A DNA stretch of 64,000 bases from Acidobacteriota bacterium (GCA_040756215.1 JBFLZQ010000007.1:62336-126335); one strand, 5' to 3'; shown: positions 43,235 through 53,642, counted from the stretch's first letter. A program made the numbers and translations. Notes: generated by a model not told the origin, from the sequence alone.

Positions 43235-45247
43235 ATGCTTCTTTCTGAAATCAGAGGGAAAATACAGGATTCGATTCGCACGACAGCAAGCAGTATTTTC
43301 GGCATAGAAATTGATTCAATAGCTGCTGAGATTCCACCAAAGCCTGACTTAGGAGATATTGCATTTCCTATTGCATTTGAATTGGCAAAACGAATAAAAC
43401 AGGCAACCGGAGAAAAGCAAAACCCTCGCACAATTGCAGAAACAATCGGTTCAGAGTTACAAAAACTCGATTTTGTATCCCGTACGGAAGTCGCAGGTGC
43501 CGGTTACCTGAACGTTTTTCTGGATCGTGCGGGTTTCCTTGCCAATAGCAGAAAAACACCGTTGTTGCCGCAACTAGATTCAGCAAATGGTCCGAAAGCC
43601 TGTGTAGAACATACTTCTGTTAATCCAAACAAAGCAGCTCATATCGGACACGTACGCAATTCCGTACTGGGGGATACCTTCGCGCGCATACTCCGCGCCA
43701 TTGGCCGCCGGGTCGAAGTGCAAAACTATATTGACAATACGGGCGTTCAGGTCGCAGATGTTGTTGTCGGGTTTATTTATCTGGAAAAGATGGATCTGGA
43801 TGCCGTCATGGCTCTCGACGAAAAGCTTTCTCAAAAAGGAATAAGCTTCGATTACTTCTGCTGGGATTTATATACAAAGGTTGGCCAGGCCTACGCGGCA
43901 GATCCGGGTTTAAATGAAAAACGCGTAGAGGTTTTGCACGCAATCGAAGAAGGCAATAATCCGACGGCTGAACTTGCTGATTATGTTGCAACGAGAAACG
44001 TCGAGTGCATCCTTCGGACAATGGAACGGCTCTCGATAGAATATGATCTGTTGCCGCGTGAATCTGAAATTTTGCATCTGCATTTCTGGGACCGGGCTTT
44101 CGGGCGGATGAAAGAGCTGGGTGTTATCCGTTTCGAGACTGAGGGAAAAAACGCCGGTTGCTGGGTTATGCCTTTTGAATCACATGAAAGCTCTGATGAA
44201 CATGAAGCAGACAAGATTCTCGTAAGATCAAACGGCACAGTCACTTATACCGGAAAGGATATTGCTTATCAAATGTGGAAACTAGGCATTCTGGGTCTGG
44301 ATTTTCATTACCGCAAGTTTTACAAATATCCTGATGGCCGGATAGTCTGGATTACTACCGCAGATGCAAATGCTGACGAAACGGATGCGCCGGAATTCGG
44401 TCACGGAGAAACAATTTACAATGTCATAGATTCCAGGCAATCATATCCGCAGGAAGTTGTCCGAAAGGGTGTGGCTGCGATTGATCCTAAACGCGGACCG
44501 GAAGCCAGCATTCACCTTGCTTATGAAATGGTGGCGCTTTCTTCCGCCGCAGCAGAAGAGCTCGGATTTTCTCTTTCAGAAGAAGATAGAAAGCGTCCGT
44601 TTGTAGAAATGAGCGGACGCAAAGGGCTCGGGGTCAAAGCTGATGATTTGATTACCCGGCTTGAACAAAACGCTTTAGCAGAAGTTGAATCACGTCACGC
44701 AGAACTGCCCTTAACGGAAAAGAAACTTATTGCACATCAGATTGCTGTAGGTGCTCTCAGATATTTTCTGCTCAAATTTACACGAAACACGGTAATTGTT
44801 TTTGACTTCAAAGAAGCGCTTTCGTTTGAAGGTGAAACGGGATGTTTCTGCCAGTATTCTGCCGTACGAGCTAATTCGATATTTCGCAAACTTGCTGAAA
44901 CCCAATCCACCGGGACAGTTGAAGTTGAAAACTATCTGCTTGATTTCGAAGCAGTAAACAGGGTTTTCGACTCTGACCCGGCAGCGGAAATCTGGAGTCT
45001 TCTGATGCTTGCCTGCCGGCTGGAAGAAACGGTTCTTGCCGCAGCCGCGCAAGCCGAACCTGCCATTTTGGCCAAATACACTTTCAATCTTGCTAAGGCT
45101 TTCAACCTTTTTTACCATCACCATAAGATTATTGCGGAGCCGGATGTGGTTAAACGCTCTGTTTTGATCGAAGTGGCTGATCGGACCAGAAAAGCTCTGA
45201 CTCAGGCACTGGCAATCATGGGCATCGAGGTTCCGGAAAAAATGTAA
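43235..45247 (+). CDS. argS: Arginine--tRNA ligase (long form)
   Basis: NPNKAAHIGHVRN (HIGH). C-terminal anticodon-binding DALR-type region ending ...LALAIMGIEVPEKM. ATG 43235 is preferred over TTG 43223. Confidence 0.95.
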   Translation: MLLSEIRGKIQDSIRTTASSIFGIEIDSIAAEIPPKPDLGDIAFPIAFELAKRIKQATGEKQNPRTIAETIGSELQKLDFVSRTEVAGAGYLNVFLDRAGFLANSRKTPLLPQLDSANGPKACVEHTSVNPNKAAHIGHVRNSVLGDTFARILRAIGRRVEVQNYIDNTGVQVADVVVGFIYLEKMDLDAVMALDEKLSQKGISFDYFCWDLYTKVGQAYAADPGLNEKRVEVLHAIEEGNNPTAELADYVATRNVECILRTMERLSIEYDLLPRESEILHLHFWDRAFGRMKELGVIRFETEGKNAGCWVMPFESHESSDEHEADKILVRSNGTVTYTGKDIAYQMWKLGILGLDFHYRKFYKYPDGRIVWITTADANADETDAPEFGHGETIYNVIDSRQSYPQEVVRKGVAAIDPKRGPEASIHLAYEMVALSSAAAEELGFSLSEEDRKRPFVEMSGRKGLGVKADDLITRLEQNALAEVESRHAELPLTEKKLIAHQIAVGALRYFLLKFTRNTVIVFDFKEALSFEGETGCFCQYSAVRANSIFRKLAETQSTGTVEVENYLLDFEAVNRVFDSDPAAEIWSLLMLACRLEETVLAAAAQAEPAILAKYTFNLAKAFNLFYHHHKIIAEPDVVKRSVLIEVADRTRKALTQALAIMGIEVPEKM

Positions 45248-45315
45248 TGTTTTCTCAACCTACAGAGCCAAACCGAATTGACAGATCACCATTGGATTTG
45301 TTAATTCTTTATCCA

Positions 45316-45429
45316 ATGACAATTTTCCGCATACATCCAAACATTCTTTGGCGAACCGAATCCGGTTGGCGTTGGTATGGCGTGTATGCGGCACTTTGTC
45401 TGTTCGAGAGAAACCTTAGATATTTCTGA
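45316..45429 (+). CDS. Candidate trp leader peptide (37 codons, 3 Trp including W-R-W)
   Basis: ATG 45316 ... LWRTESGWRWYG ... TGA 45427-45429. Trp codons at 45349, 45367 and 45373. No obvious Shine-Dalgarno. Confidence 0.3.
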   Translation: MTIFRIHPNILWRTESGWRWYGVYAALCLFERNLRYF

Positions 45430-45458
45430 TCCAGGATTTACCGGATTACCGAACCAGC

Positions 45459-45495
45459 AAAATGCCGCTTCTGAAAAAGCGGCATTTTTATTTTT
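45459..45495 (+). terminator. Intrinsic terminator hairpin immediately upstream of trpE (attenuator and/or argS terminator)
   Basis: 12-bp stem AAAATGCCGCTT/AAGCGGCATTTT (45459-45470 with 45477-45488), loop CTGAAA, and a T-run to 45495. The trpE ATG is at 45499. Confidence 0.65.
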
Positions 45496-45498
45496 GAT

Positions 45499-46992
45499 AT
45501 GAGCAATTTTGAAGAATTTATCACTTCCGATAAGTACGGCAACGTTTTTCCGGTAATTGAGACTATGCCTGCGGATTTGCTTACGCCACTTGCCGTTTAT
45601 TTGAAACTCGCGGAGGGTCACGACACGGCGTTTCTTTTCGAATCTGTAGAGGGTGGCGAATCTCTAGGCAGATATTCGTTTATCGGTGCAGGTCCGCACA
45701 CTATCGTCCGTGGCAATGCGCAAACAACTCAGATTATAGAAAATGCCAATTTTAAAGAAATAGAAATGTCTCCGATGGAATATTTGAGGGAACATTTCGG
45801 GCGCTTTCGTTTAGTAGAAAACAATTCACTTCCCGGTTTTACAGGCGGGGCCGTAGCCATGTTCAATTTCTCCTGTGCCGGCTGGTTTGAACCGTCTCTT
45901 TTAAAACATCTTCCTCCCGGAGATGATATATGCACATTGCTTTTCTTTCGTTCCATTGTTGCTTTTGATCATATCCGTCAGGAAATCAAGATTATTTCTC
46001 TTATTTTTCGCGATGAAATCGGACAAGATGAGGCCGCTCTTCGCCATGCACTACAGGAAGCTCATGCCAAAAATCGTGAGACCCGAAAAATCCTTGAGCT
46101 TCGCCAGATTCAACTTGTCAGAAACGCAAAAATGCCTGTCAGTGAGAACCGGGTTGTTTCCAACTGGGAGCGAGATGATTTTCTCGCAGCGGTAAACAAA
46201 ATAAAAGAAGCCATATTTTCAGGTGATGCGTATCAAGTGGTGCTATCTCAATGTTTTACAAAACGCACCGCGGCTTCGCCGGTATCCATTTATCGTGCAA
46301 TTCGCTCGCTCAACCCTTCGCCCTATATGTTTTTGATTACAAATAAAAATTCAGCCGTTGTGGGAGCCTCTCCGGAGATGCTGGTACGTTTACGCAACGG
46401 CAAGCTTTGTTATCGTCCAATTGCAGGGACACGGCCGCGGAGCTCGGATCAAATTGCCGATGAACGTCTCGCAGAGGAAATGCTGTCCGACGAAAAAGAA
46501 GTTTCCGAACATCTCATGCTCGTAGATCTCGGCCGTAATGACCTTGGGCGCGTTGCACGTTTCGGAAGCGTCATGGTCGAAAAACTTATGACTGTCGAAA
46601 AATACTCGCACGTCCAGCATCTTGTGAGTTCACTTTCTGCAACAATTCGTCCGGATTTAGATCGTTTTGATGCTTTTGCAGCCTGTTTTCCGGCAGGTAC
46701 CGTATCCGGTGCTCCCAAAGTGAGTGCAATCGAGATTATCTCGCAACTTGAGCCGACGCCGCGCGGTATTTATTCCGGCGCGGTGGGTTATTTCGATTAT
46801 GCCGGAAATATGGATACATGCATTGCAATAAGGACAATGCGGATTTCAGATGGTGTTGCCCGGATTCAGGCAGGCGCAGGTATTGTTGCCGATTCAGTAC
46901 CAACGGCCGAATATAATGAAACGCTTAATAAAGCAAAAGCATTGCTTAGGGCAATAGAAATCGCAGAGAGCCTGGAGGCGGATAATGATTAG
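45499..46992 (+). CDS. trpE: Anthranilate synthase component I
   Basis: 497 aa with LFESVEGGE, PSPYMF and GGAVGYF...DTCIAIRT motifs. Confidence 0.96.
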   Translation: MSNFEEFITSDKYGNVFPVIETMPADLLTPLAVYLKLAEGHDTAFLFESVEGGESLGRYSFIGAGPHTIVRGNAQTTQIIENANFKEIEMSPMEYLREHFGRFRLVENNSLPGFTGGAVAMFNFSCAGWFEPSLLKHLPPGDDICTLLFFRSIVAFDHIRQEIKIISLIFRDEIGQDEAALRHALQEAHAKNRETRKILELRQIQLVRNAKMPVSENRVVSNWERDDFLAAVNKIKEAIFSGDAYQVVLSQCFTKRTAASPVSIYRAIRSLNPSPYMFLITNKNSAVVGASPEMLVRLRNGKLCYRPIAGTRPRSSDQIADERLAEEMLSDEKEVSEHLMLVDLGRNDLGRVARFGSVMVEKLMTVEKYSHVQHLVSSLSATIRPDLDRFDAFAACFPAGTVSGAPKVSAIEIISQLEPTPRGIYSGAVGYFDYAGNMDTCIAIRTMRISDGVARIQAGAGIVADSVPTAEYNETLNKAKALLRAIEIAESLEADND

Positions 46993-48031
46993 TCGCTTGC
47001 CGGAATTCAGCGAAAAATTCCGTAGAAATCTATGCATTGATGAAGCCGCGGCCGAATCACTTCTCGACGCGCTGATTAATGAAACTGACGAGAATGCAAT
47101 TGCGGATTGCTTTAGTGCATGGGATAACAAAGGTATTGAATCTTCTGAAATCGCGGCGATTTCGGCAGTAATGCGTTCGCGTATGCTCCGCGTCAACGCC
47201 CCTTCCGGTCTGCAGTTGGCAGACATTGTTGGCACCGGAGGAAGCCGCTTAAAAACATTTAATGTGTCGACAGCCGCAGCCATTGTCGCGGCGGCAGCGG
47301 GCGTAAGCATGGCAAAGCATGGTAACAGGGCTGCTACCAGCAAATCAGGCAGCATTGACGTATTGGAACATCTGGGAATAAATATTCCGACTACTCCTTC
47401 CGATGCCGAAGAAAAATTGAAGGCACATTCGATTGTATTTCTTGCGGCACCATATTTTCACAGACTATCACCAACCCTTGCAAAGGTACGTAAATCGCTC
47501 GGTTTTCCTACCATCTTCAATTGTGTCGGGCCGCTTTGTAATCCGGCGAGTCCGCAATTTCAGGTGATTGGAGCCCGAAATCTTTCAACGGCTGAAAAAA
47601 TCGCCAAAGCTCTTTTCCTGCTCGGCGCCCAGCGCTGCTGGGTTGTAAATTCCGCTGACAGTTATGACGAAATCTCATTCTGTGAGCCGACTGATGTATT
47701 CGAGGTAACCACTACCGGAATTAAGCATTTTGAAATTACGCCGGCGGATTTCGGTGTCATTGATAATAATGATAATAATGGTTTTCTACCCGCAGTATCA
47801 GGGCCTGCAGAAAGTGCAAAGATTATAGAAGCCGCACTTTGCGAGGATAATACGACCGAACAATCCATCGAGGCAGCTAAGCAAATGATATTGGTTAATG
47901 CTGCCGCAGTGATATTTATCACAGGCAAAAAAAGCAGCCTGCGCTCTTCATATTCGCTCGCGGAAAACACAATTCACAGCGGAGCGGCAAAGAAAAAATT
48001 ACTGGAAATCACTGCCCGTGAGGAAATATGA
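46985..48031 (+). CDS. trpD: Anthranilate phosphoribosyltransferase
   Basis: VGTGGS...FNVSTAAAIVAAAAGV.MAKHGNRA.TSKSGS.DVLE motifs. Confidence 0.95.
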   Translation: MISRLPEFSEKFRRNLCIDEAAAESLLDALINETDENAIADCFSAWDNKGIESSEIAAISAVMRSRMLRVNAPSGLQLADIVGTGGSRLKTFNVSTAAAIVAAAAGVSMAKHGNRAATSKSGSIDVLEHLGINIPTTPSDAEEKLKAHSIVFLAAPYFHRLSPTLAKVRKSLGFPTIFNCVGPLCNPASPQFQVIGARNLSTAEKIAKALFLLGAQRCWVVNSADSYDEISFCEPTDVFEVTTTGIKHFEITPADFGVIDNNDNNGFLPAVSGPAESAKIIEAALCEDNTTEQSIEAAKQMILVNAAAVIFITGKKSSLRSSYSLAENTIHSGAAKKKLLEITAREEI

Positions 48032-48849
48032 ATCATACATTTTTGGATAACATAGTTGCAGCAAAGCGCAAACGGCTTGCGGCATTATCAACAAACAAAT
48101 CTTTTTACATGAACGCGTTCAACACGGAGCAAAGCTTGAATAATCACGTTTCAGCTTCTTTTTATAATTCCATAACTGACCCTACCCGTTCGGGCATTAT
48201 TGCCGAATTCAAACGCGCTTCGCCGTCTAAAGGAACCATTAACAAAGATTTGCTGCCGGAAAATGCTGCAATTGCCTATGAAAATGCGGGAGCAGCAGCC
48301 ATCTCGGTTTTAACCGAGGAGGACTATTTCTCGGGCTCCCTTTCTGATCTGATTGCTGTACGCAAGGCAACAAATCTGCCGGTGCTGAGAAAAGATTTTA
48401 TTATTGATGAAATACAGATATATGAATCCGCAGCGGCAGGAGCGAATGCGATCCTACTGATCGCCGCATTACTATCAACCGAAAAACTTCTGAAATTTCG
48501 TGAAGCCGGCGAGACGCTTGGTATTGATTCTATTGTCGAAGTCCACAACGAGGAAGAAATGAAATCAGCAATTGACTCCGGAGCCAGAATCATAGGAGTA
48601 AATAACCGTGATCTGCGAACCTTCGAAGTATCACTCGATGTTTCACGCAGGTTGATAAAGCATCGCCCGTCATCAGTCGTAATGGTTGCGGAGAGTGGCA
48701 TTGCCTCACCTGAAGATATACTGGAACTTAGGGCACTCGGGTATCAGAGTTTCCTGATCGGAGAAGCATTTATGCGCTCTGCAGAACCGGAAAATGTACT
48801 GAAGTCGTTTATAGAAAATGCGTCGGGCAATATCCGAAATCAGGATTAA
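48028..48849 (+). CDS. trpC: Indole-3-glycerol phosphate synthase
   Basis: IIAEFKRASPSKG, LRKDFIID..QIYE, VEVHN and GVNNRDL motifs. Confidence 0.95.
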   Translation: MNHTFLDNIVAAKRKRLAALSTNKSFYMNAFNTEQSLNNHVSASFYNSITDPTRSGIIAEFKRASPSKGTINKDLLPENAAIAYENAGAAAISVLTEEDYFSGSLSDLIAVRKATNLPVLRKDFIIDEIQIYESAAAGANAILLIAALLSTEKLLKFREAGETLGIDSIVEVHNEEEMKSAIDSGARIIGVNNRDLRTFEVSLDVSRRLIKHRPSSVVMVAESGIASPEDILELRALGYQSFLIGEAFMRSAEPENVLKSFIENASGNIRNQD

Positions 48850-48852
48850 TCT

Positions 48853-49485
48853 ATGGCAAACGTCAGAGTCAAAATATGCGGTATCACAAATTCAGAGGAT
48901 GCGTTTGCAGCCGTAAGATTAGGTGCGGATTACATCGGATTGAATTTTTATTCGAAAAGCCCGCGTTATCTGAATTTTTCTGCTGCTAAAGAAATTGTCC
49001 GTAATTTTAGCGGGCCTGCGAAAATAATCGGAGTTTTCGTTAACGAAGAGTTGGAATTGATTGGCGAAGCCATCCGTGAGATACCGCTTCATGGCATTCA
49101 GCTACACGGCGATGAATCGGCAGACCTGGCAGCAGATATTGCAGAGAAATTGAATATACCCGTTATAAAAGCTTACCGGATAAAGCCGGACGACGATCCG
49201 GCTTCGATTAAGATTCGGGACAATGTCGATGTTTTATTGGATGCTTTCACCGAAAAAGAATTTGGCGGTACGGGGAAAACGATTGACTGGACGTTTGCGC
49301 AGAAAATCTCTGCCGGGACAAAACGATTATTCCTCGCCGGCGGTTTAAGAGTTGAAAACGTCGCGGCAGCGATAAAAATCGTAAAACCTTTTGCCGTAGA
49401 TGTATGCAGCTCTATCGAAAAAGCACCCGGTATTAAAGACTTTGAAACAATGAAAAGATTTATCGAGGCAGTAAAAACAATATGA
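48853..49485 (+). CDS. trpF: Phosphoribosylanthranilate isomerase
   Basis: VKICGIT, LQLHGDE and GGTGKT.DW...LAGGL motifs. Confidence 0.93.
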   Translation: MANVRVKICGITNSEDAFAAVRLGADYIGLNFYSKSPRYLNFSAAKEIVRNFSGPAKIIGVFVNEELELIGEAIREIPLHGIQLHGDESADLAADIAEKLNIPVIKAYRIKPDDDPASIKIRDNVDVLLDAFTEKEFGGTGKTIDWTFAQKISAGTKRLFLAGGLRVENVAAAIKIVKPFAVDVCSSIEKAPGIKDFETMKRFIEAVKTI

Positions 49486-50708
49486 TCGACACCGAACCGG
49501 ACAAATTTGGATATTGGGGAAATTACGGCGGCCGTTACGTCCCGGAGACTTTAGCGGCGCCGCTTGATGAATTAACCGAGGCCTTCTACTCGATACGCGG
49601 CGACAGACAATTCATTACCGAAATGGATTCGCTTCTCAAGGACTTCGTCGGCCGCCCGACGCCGTTGTACTTTGCCGAAAGACTTACACAAAAAATTGGC
49701 GGAGCAAAAATATACCTGAAACGCGAAGACCTCAATCATACAGGAGCCCATAAAATAAATAATTGCATTGGGCAGATCCTTTTAGCACGTCGGATGGGAA
49801 AACAACGAATCATTGCTGAAACCGGCGCCGGACAACATGGCGTAGCAACGGCAACTGTCTGCGCACGTTTCGGACTTCCCTGTGTGATTTATATGGGCAG
49901 CGAGGATATTCGAAGACAAGAGCCGAATGTCTATCGTATGAAATTGCTCGGCGCTGAGGTCAGGGCAGTTGAATCCGGTTCAAAGACATTGAAGGATGCC
50001 ATAAATGAAGCCTTGCGTGACTGGGTTACTAATGTCCGTAACACCTATTACCTGCTTGGTTCTGCCCTAGGACCGCATCCATATCCGCTGATGGTACGTG
50101 AATTCCAAAGCGTCATAGGCCGCGAAGCTCGTATTCAGGCCATTGAAAAAGAAGGAAGGCTGCCCGGTGCGATAGTCGCCTGCGTCGGCGGAGGATCTAA
50201 TGCAATAGGGCTTTTCAGTGCTTTCCTGAATGACGAATCGGTTGAAATTTTCGGCGTAGAGGCCGGCGGCACCGGTAATTCACTCGGTAACCATGCATCC
50301 AGATTTCAAGGCGGAACGATCGGTGTGCTCCAGGGAACGAGAAGCTACGTTTTGCAAGATAAGAACGGCCAAATCGCCAATACTCATTCCATTTCGGCAG
50401 GACTGGATTATGCTTCAGTTGGCCCCGAGCACTCATATCTGAAAGATCTTGGACGCGTAGAATATACTTCGGTCACGGACGAAGAGGCACTCAAAACATT
50501 TCTGGCTTTATCCGATACAGAAGGGATCATTCCGGCTCTCGAGTCGGCACATGCTGTGGCTTTTGCACTGAAATTGGCCGCAAAAAGGCCGAAGGACAGT
50601 TTTATTATTGTCAATCTATCAGGCAGAGGCGACAAGGATATTTCGGTCTTACCGGCAATGGAAAATCGAAAATCCGACTCTTCACATGCAGGAGGCTGTC
50701 AGAGATGA
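49482..50708 (+). CDS. trpB: Tryptophan synthase beta chain
   Basis: [26 protein letters not shown] and GGGSNAIG motifs. Confidence 0.97.
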   Translation: MIDTEPDKFGYWGNYGGRYVPETLAAPLDELTEAFYSIRGDRQFITEMDSLLKDFVGRPTPLYFAERLTQKIGGAKIYLKREDLNHTGAHKINNCIGQILLARRMGKQRIIAETGAGQHGVATATVCARFGLPCVIYMGSEDIRRQEPNVYRMKLLGAEVRAVESGSKTLKDAINEALRDWVTNVRNTYYLLGSALGPHPYPLMVREFQSVIGREARIQAIEKEGRLPGAIVACVGGGSNAIGLFSAFLNDESVEIFGVEAGGTGNSLGNHASRFQGGTIGVLQGTRSYVLQDKNGQIANTHSISAGLDYASVGPEHSYLKDLGRVEYTSVTDEEALKTFLALSDTEGIIPALESAHAVAFALKLAAKRPKDSFIIVNLSGRGDKDISVLPAMENRKSDSSHAGGCQR

Positions 50709-51502
50709 GCAATATCGCAAAGGCATTCGAGGCCATTAGATCTGAACATCGCGGCGGCTTTATTCCGTTTATTTCTGCCGGAGATCCTGATCCGCAAATG
50801 TGTCTCGGGATACTCGGAATCCTTGCAAAATGTGGCGCAGACATTATTGAACTTGGCATTCCTTTTTCCGATCCTATGGCTGACGGGCCGACGATTCAGG
50901 CGTCGTCAAAGAGAGCACTGGAGTCAGGTACCGACTTACCGACTATTTTGGAAATTGTGCGTGAATTCCGAAACCGGTCGGATATACCCATTGTGCTGTT
51001 CAGCTACCTCAACCCACTGCTTGCCTATGGCTTGTCAGAAATTGCAGCCGATGCAGCAGATGCGGGTGCGGATGCCGTTCTTGTAACTGATGCAATTGAT
51101 GGCGAAGCGGCCCGGCTTGCGGATGAATTTCGCAAGCATAACCTGGATTTTATTTCACTCATCGCCCCGACAACGACAGATGCCCGTTTACAAACAATCT
51201 GCAGTATTTCCAGTGGTTTTATTTATGCAGTTTCGCGTACAGGCGTCACGGGAGCACGAATTGAAAGCGCAACGGCGGCAGAGGATCTCGTACGACGTGC
51301 ACGTCTTTACACGGATTTACCGATAGCCGTAGGTTTTGGAATTTCGACACCTGAACAGATATGCGACGTATGGCGTTATGCCGATGCTGCGGTAGTCGGT
51401 TCGGCAATCGTGGCGGAAATCGAGCGTTCGGCGGGACTGAAGGACTTACCCGCACGTGTCGAAAACTTTGTCAGAAATCTTGTTCCGAAAGGTTGCAAAT
51501 AG
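50705..51502 (+). CDS. trpA: Tryptophan synthase alpha chain
   Basis: [18 protein letters not shown] and GFGIS motifs; 4-nt overlap with trpB. Confidence 0.96.
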   Translation: MSNIAKAFEAIRSEHRGGFIPFISAGDPDPQMCLGILGILAKCGADIIELGIPFSDPMADGPTIQASSKRALESGTDLPTILEIVREFRNRSDIPIVLFSYLNPLLAYGLSEIAADAADAGADAVLVTDAIDGEAARLADEFRKHNLDFISLIAPTTTDARLQTICSISSGFIYAVSRTGVTGARIESATAAEDLVRRARLYTDLPIAVGFGISTPEQICDVWRYADAAVVGSAIVAEIERSAGLKDLPARVENFVRNLVPKGCK

Positions 51503-51554
51503 CCTTCGGTCATCTTAGAGTTTTTATTTTGTTTAGATTTTACGGGAAATTGCT

Positions 51555-52583
51555 ATGTTAATCGTAATGAAGCCGGATGCCTCAGGGAATGATATTGCCC
51601 GGGTCATCGAAGTAATCGAAAAACTAGGTTTTCGCGGACATGTCATGCCCGGCGAGACCCGCACCGCAATTGGTATCACGGGAAACCGCGGCGCGGTTGA
51701 CCCCGCGCATTTCGAAAATCTGCCCGGTGTTGCAGATGCCATCCGTGTTACAAAGCCATATAAACTCATTTCCAGCGATCTTAAACCTGAACGTTCTGTT
51801 ATCCGTGTAGGAAATTCGTCCATTGGAAATGGATCATTTGCAATGATCGCCGGTCCCTGTGCCGTAGAAAATGCAAATCAGGTCTTTGCCGTTGCGGAAA
51901 TCGTAGCAGCCAGCGGCGCGAAATTTTTCCGCGGCGGAGCATTCAAACCGCGCACTTCACCCTACGCATTTCAAGGATTGGGCGAGGACGGTCTGAAAAT
52001 TCTTGCTGAAGTACGAGACCGCTATGGACTGAATATCGTAACTGAAGCCATGGACGAACGCGGAATTGATCTGGTCGAGAAATACGGCGATTGTATCCAG
52101 ATAGGCGCCCGCAATATGCAAAATTTTTCCCTGCTCAAATATGCAGGACAGACACGAAAGCCGATCCTGCTCAAGCGCGGACTTTCGGCAACCCTTGACG
52201 AATTCCTGCTGGCCGCGGAATACATAATGGCTGAAGGTAATTATGACGTTATTTTGTGCGAGCGCGGAATCCGAACTTTTGCCGATCATGCAAGAAACAC
52301 GCTTGATATTTCTATTGTACCGGCTGTCAGGCGGCTTTCTCATCTTCCAATAATTATCGACCCGTCGCACTCCTCAGGCCATAACTATATGGTCGGCCCG
52401 CTTGCACGCGCAGGAGTCGCCGTCGGTGCTGACGGCTTGATTATCGAAGTTCATCCATGTCCGGCAGAGGCTCTTTGCGACGGCGCACAGGCACTTACAC
52501 CCGAGCAATTTACGGAACTGAATAGTCATGTAATCCGGCTTTTCGAAATATTGAGGGAAACCGAGACTGTTACAGCGGGTTAA
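51555..52583 (+). CDS. aroF: 3-deoxy-7-phosphoheptulonate (DAHP) synthase, type I-beta, with N-terminal ferredoxin-like regulatory domain
   Basis: N-terminal [10 protein letters not shown]...VIEKLGF regulatory-domain pattern. Catalytic [25 protein letters not shown] and IIDPSH motifs. Confidence 0.93.
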   Translation: MLIVMKPDASGNDIARVIEVIEKLGFRGHVMPGETRTAIGITGNRGAVDPAHFENLPGVADAIRVTKPYKLISSDLKPERSVIRVGNSSIGNGSFAMIAGPCAVENANQVFAVAEIVAASGAKFFRGGAFKPRTSPYAFQGLGEDGLKILAEVRDRYGLNIVTEAMDERGIDLVEKYGDCIQIGARNMQNFSLLKYAGQTRKPILLKRGLSATLDEFLLAAEYIMAEGNYDVILCERGIRTFADHARNTLDISIVPAVRRLSHLPIIIDPSHSSGHNYMVGPLARAGVAVGADGLIIEVHPCPAEALCDGAQALTPEQFTELNSHVIRLFEILRETETVTAG

Positions 52584-52590
52584 AAGTAAA

Positions 52591-52621
52591 ATCCGCGGCC
52601 ATTCCCGAAACGGCCGCGGAT
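52591..52621. terminator. Bidirectional hairpin between aroF and the convergent membrane-protein gene
   Basis: Perfect 10-bp stem ATCCGCGGCC/GGCCGCGGAT (52591-52600 with 52612-52621). The flanking A/T runs are short. Confidence 0.55.
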
Positions 52622-52644
52622 CGTTTACGTTTGACGCCTTTTGC

Positions 52645-53085
52645 CTATCTCGCCAAACGATTCCTGATTATACCATAAATCGCGACGTTGCAACCGATAA
52701 TTCCTGCAACAATTAGAAGCGAAAGCGGGATGAACCGGGCGGCTGGCGGAAATGCGCCGTAAGCGACAGCCATACCGAAAAAGATACCTGTTGAAACTCC
52801 TGCCAAAGCTACAACAATTCGGCCGGCCAGCCATCCGAAAAATTTTTCCGTCGGCAATGCGGTTAAAAAGAAAGGCAAGGCGGCAAAAGCGGTTATAACC
52901 AATCCTCCGACAATGAAATCGGCAAGATCTCTTTTACGACCGGCCCCGATTTCCAGCGCCAGAAAAAATAAAACTACCGTCGTGTCTGTCAGAGAGAGTG
53001 TTTTTCGTTCCCTTGCTTCAAGGATTTGAGTGCCGCAGAGATAACGCAAGCCGCCCGGAAGTGCAGAGTTGACAAGATTTTGCAT
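52645..53085 (-). CDS. Hypothetical polytopic membrane protein (about 4 TM)
   Basis: 146-aa ORF with four hydrophobic segments. Starts 25 nt downstream of the XRE gene stop on the same strand. Confidence 0.6.
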   Translation of the reverse strand: MQNLVNSALPGGLRYLCGTQILEARERKTLSLTDTTVVLFFLALEIGAGRKRDLADFIVGGLVITAFAALPFFLTALPTEKFFGWLAGRIVVALAGVSTGIFFGMAVAYGAFPPAARFIPLSLLIVAGIIGCNVAIYGIIRNRLAR

Positions 53086-53110
53086 TGCAGAGCCGTCCTC
53101 GTAAGTATTG

Positions 53111-53500
53111 TTATTCCTTAGATTTAACGAACTGGTTATAGGCTACCCGAAACAATTCCGCCAAAGAAGCGGCAATTTCCGGAGTAAGATTCGGATCGGC
53201 CCGCAAATGGGCTTCGACAATTTCGGGAGTCTTTTCGTTTGGGAAATAAACTACCGGCGTTGCATCGCTATTGTTGACGTTCATTATCCGTTCAAAGGGG
53301 ATATTCAGCCAGGCGGTAAGTTTTGCGATGTTTTCGGCGGAAGGTTTACCAGTGCCATTTTCAATACGTGAAAGTGTCGAGGCCGAAATTTGGGTCGCAT
53401 CCGCAATATCGCGAAGGCTTAAAGAGAGATCTTCGCGGCGACGTTTCAGTTTTTCCCCAAGCTCCTTTGTATTGATGAAATTTACCTTTTTGGAAGCCAT
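53111..53500 (-). CDS. XRE family (Cro/CI-type HTH) transcriptional regulator with C-terminal extension
   Basis: ATG 53500 is preceded by GGAGA. LKRRREDLSLSLRDIADATQISASTLSRIENG is a canonical HTH_3 pattern. The longer track ORF (to 53572) lacks an RBS. Confidence 0.88.
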   Translation of the reverse strand: MASKKVNFINTKELGEKLKRRREDLSLSLRDIADATQISASTLSRIENGTGKPSAENIAKLTAWLNIPFERIMNVNNSDATPVVYFPNEKTPEIVEAHLRADPNLTPEIAASLAELFRVAYNQFVKSKE

Positions 53501-53606
53501 TTTCGTTTCTCCGATTGGATTTATCCCGTGTATTACACACGCTATCTGTATTTCACGAATAAAACATAACATAAAAAAATTTTAATTGCAATACTGCGTT
53601 TCACTC

Positions 53607-53642
53607 TTGCAACAATGAAAATTTTGTGATACAGTGTTTCAC
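53607..53642 (+). promoter_or_regulatory. Predicted promoter TTGCAA-N17-TACAGT, overlapped by the 17-bp palindrome GTGATACAGTGTTTCAC
   Basis: -35 at 53607-53612 and -10 at 53630-53635. The palindrome at 53626-53642 has 14 of 16 symmetric positions. Related half-sites GTGAAAC/GTGAAAT occur on the minus strand at 53604-53598 and 53556-53550. Confidence 0.4.

Noticed and set aside
45247-45429. 60-aa track ORF starting at the argS stop, read as a real protein gene
   Set aside because: It has no RBS and no motifs, and it lies in a regulatory spacer. Only its 3' part (from ATG 45316) is considered, as a low-confidence leader peptide.
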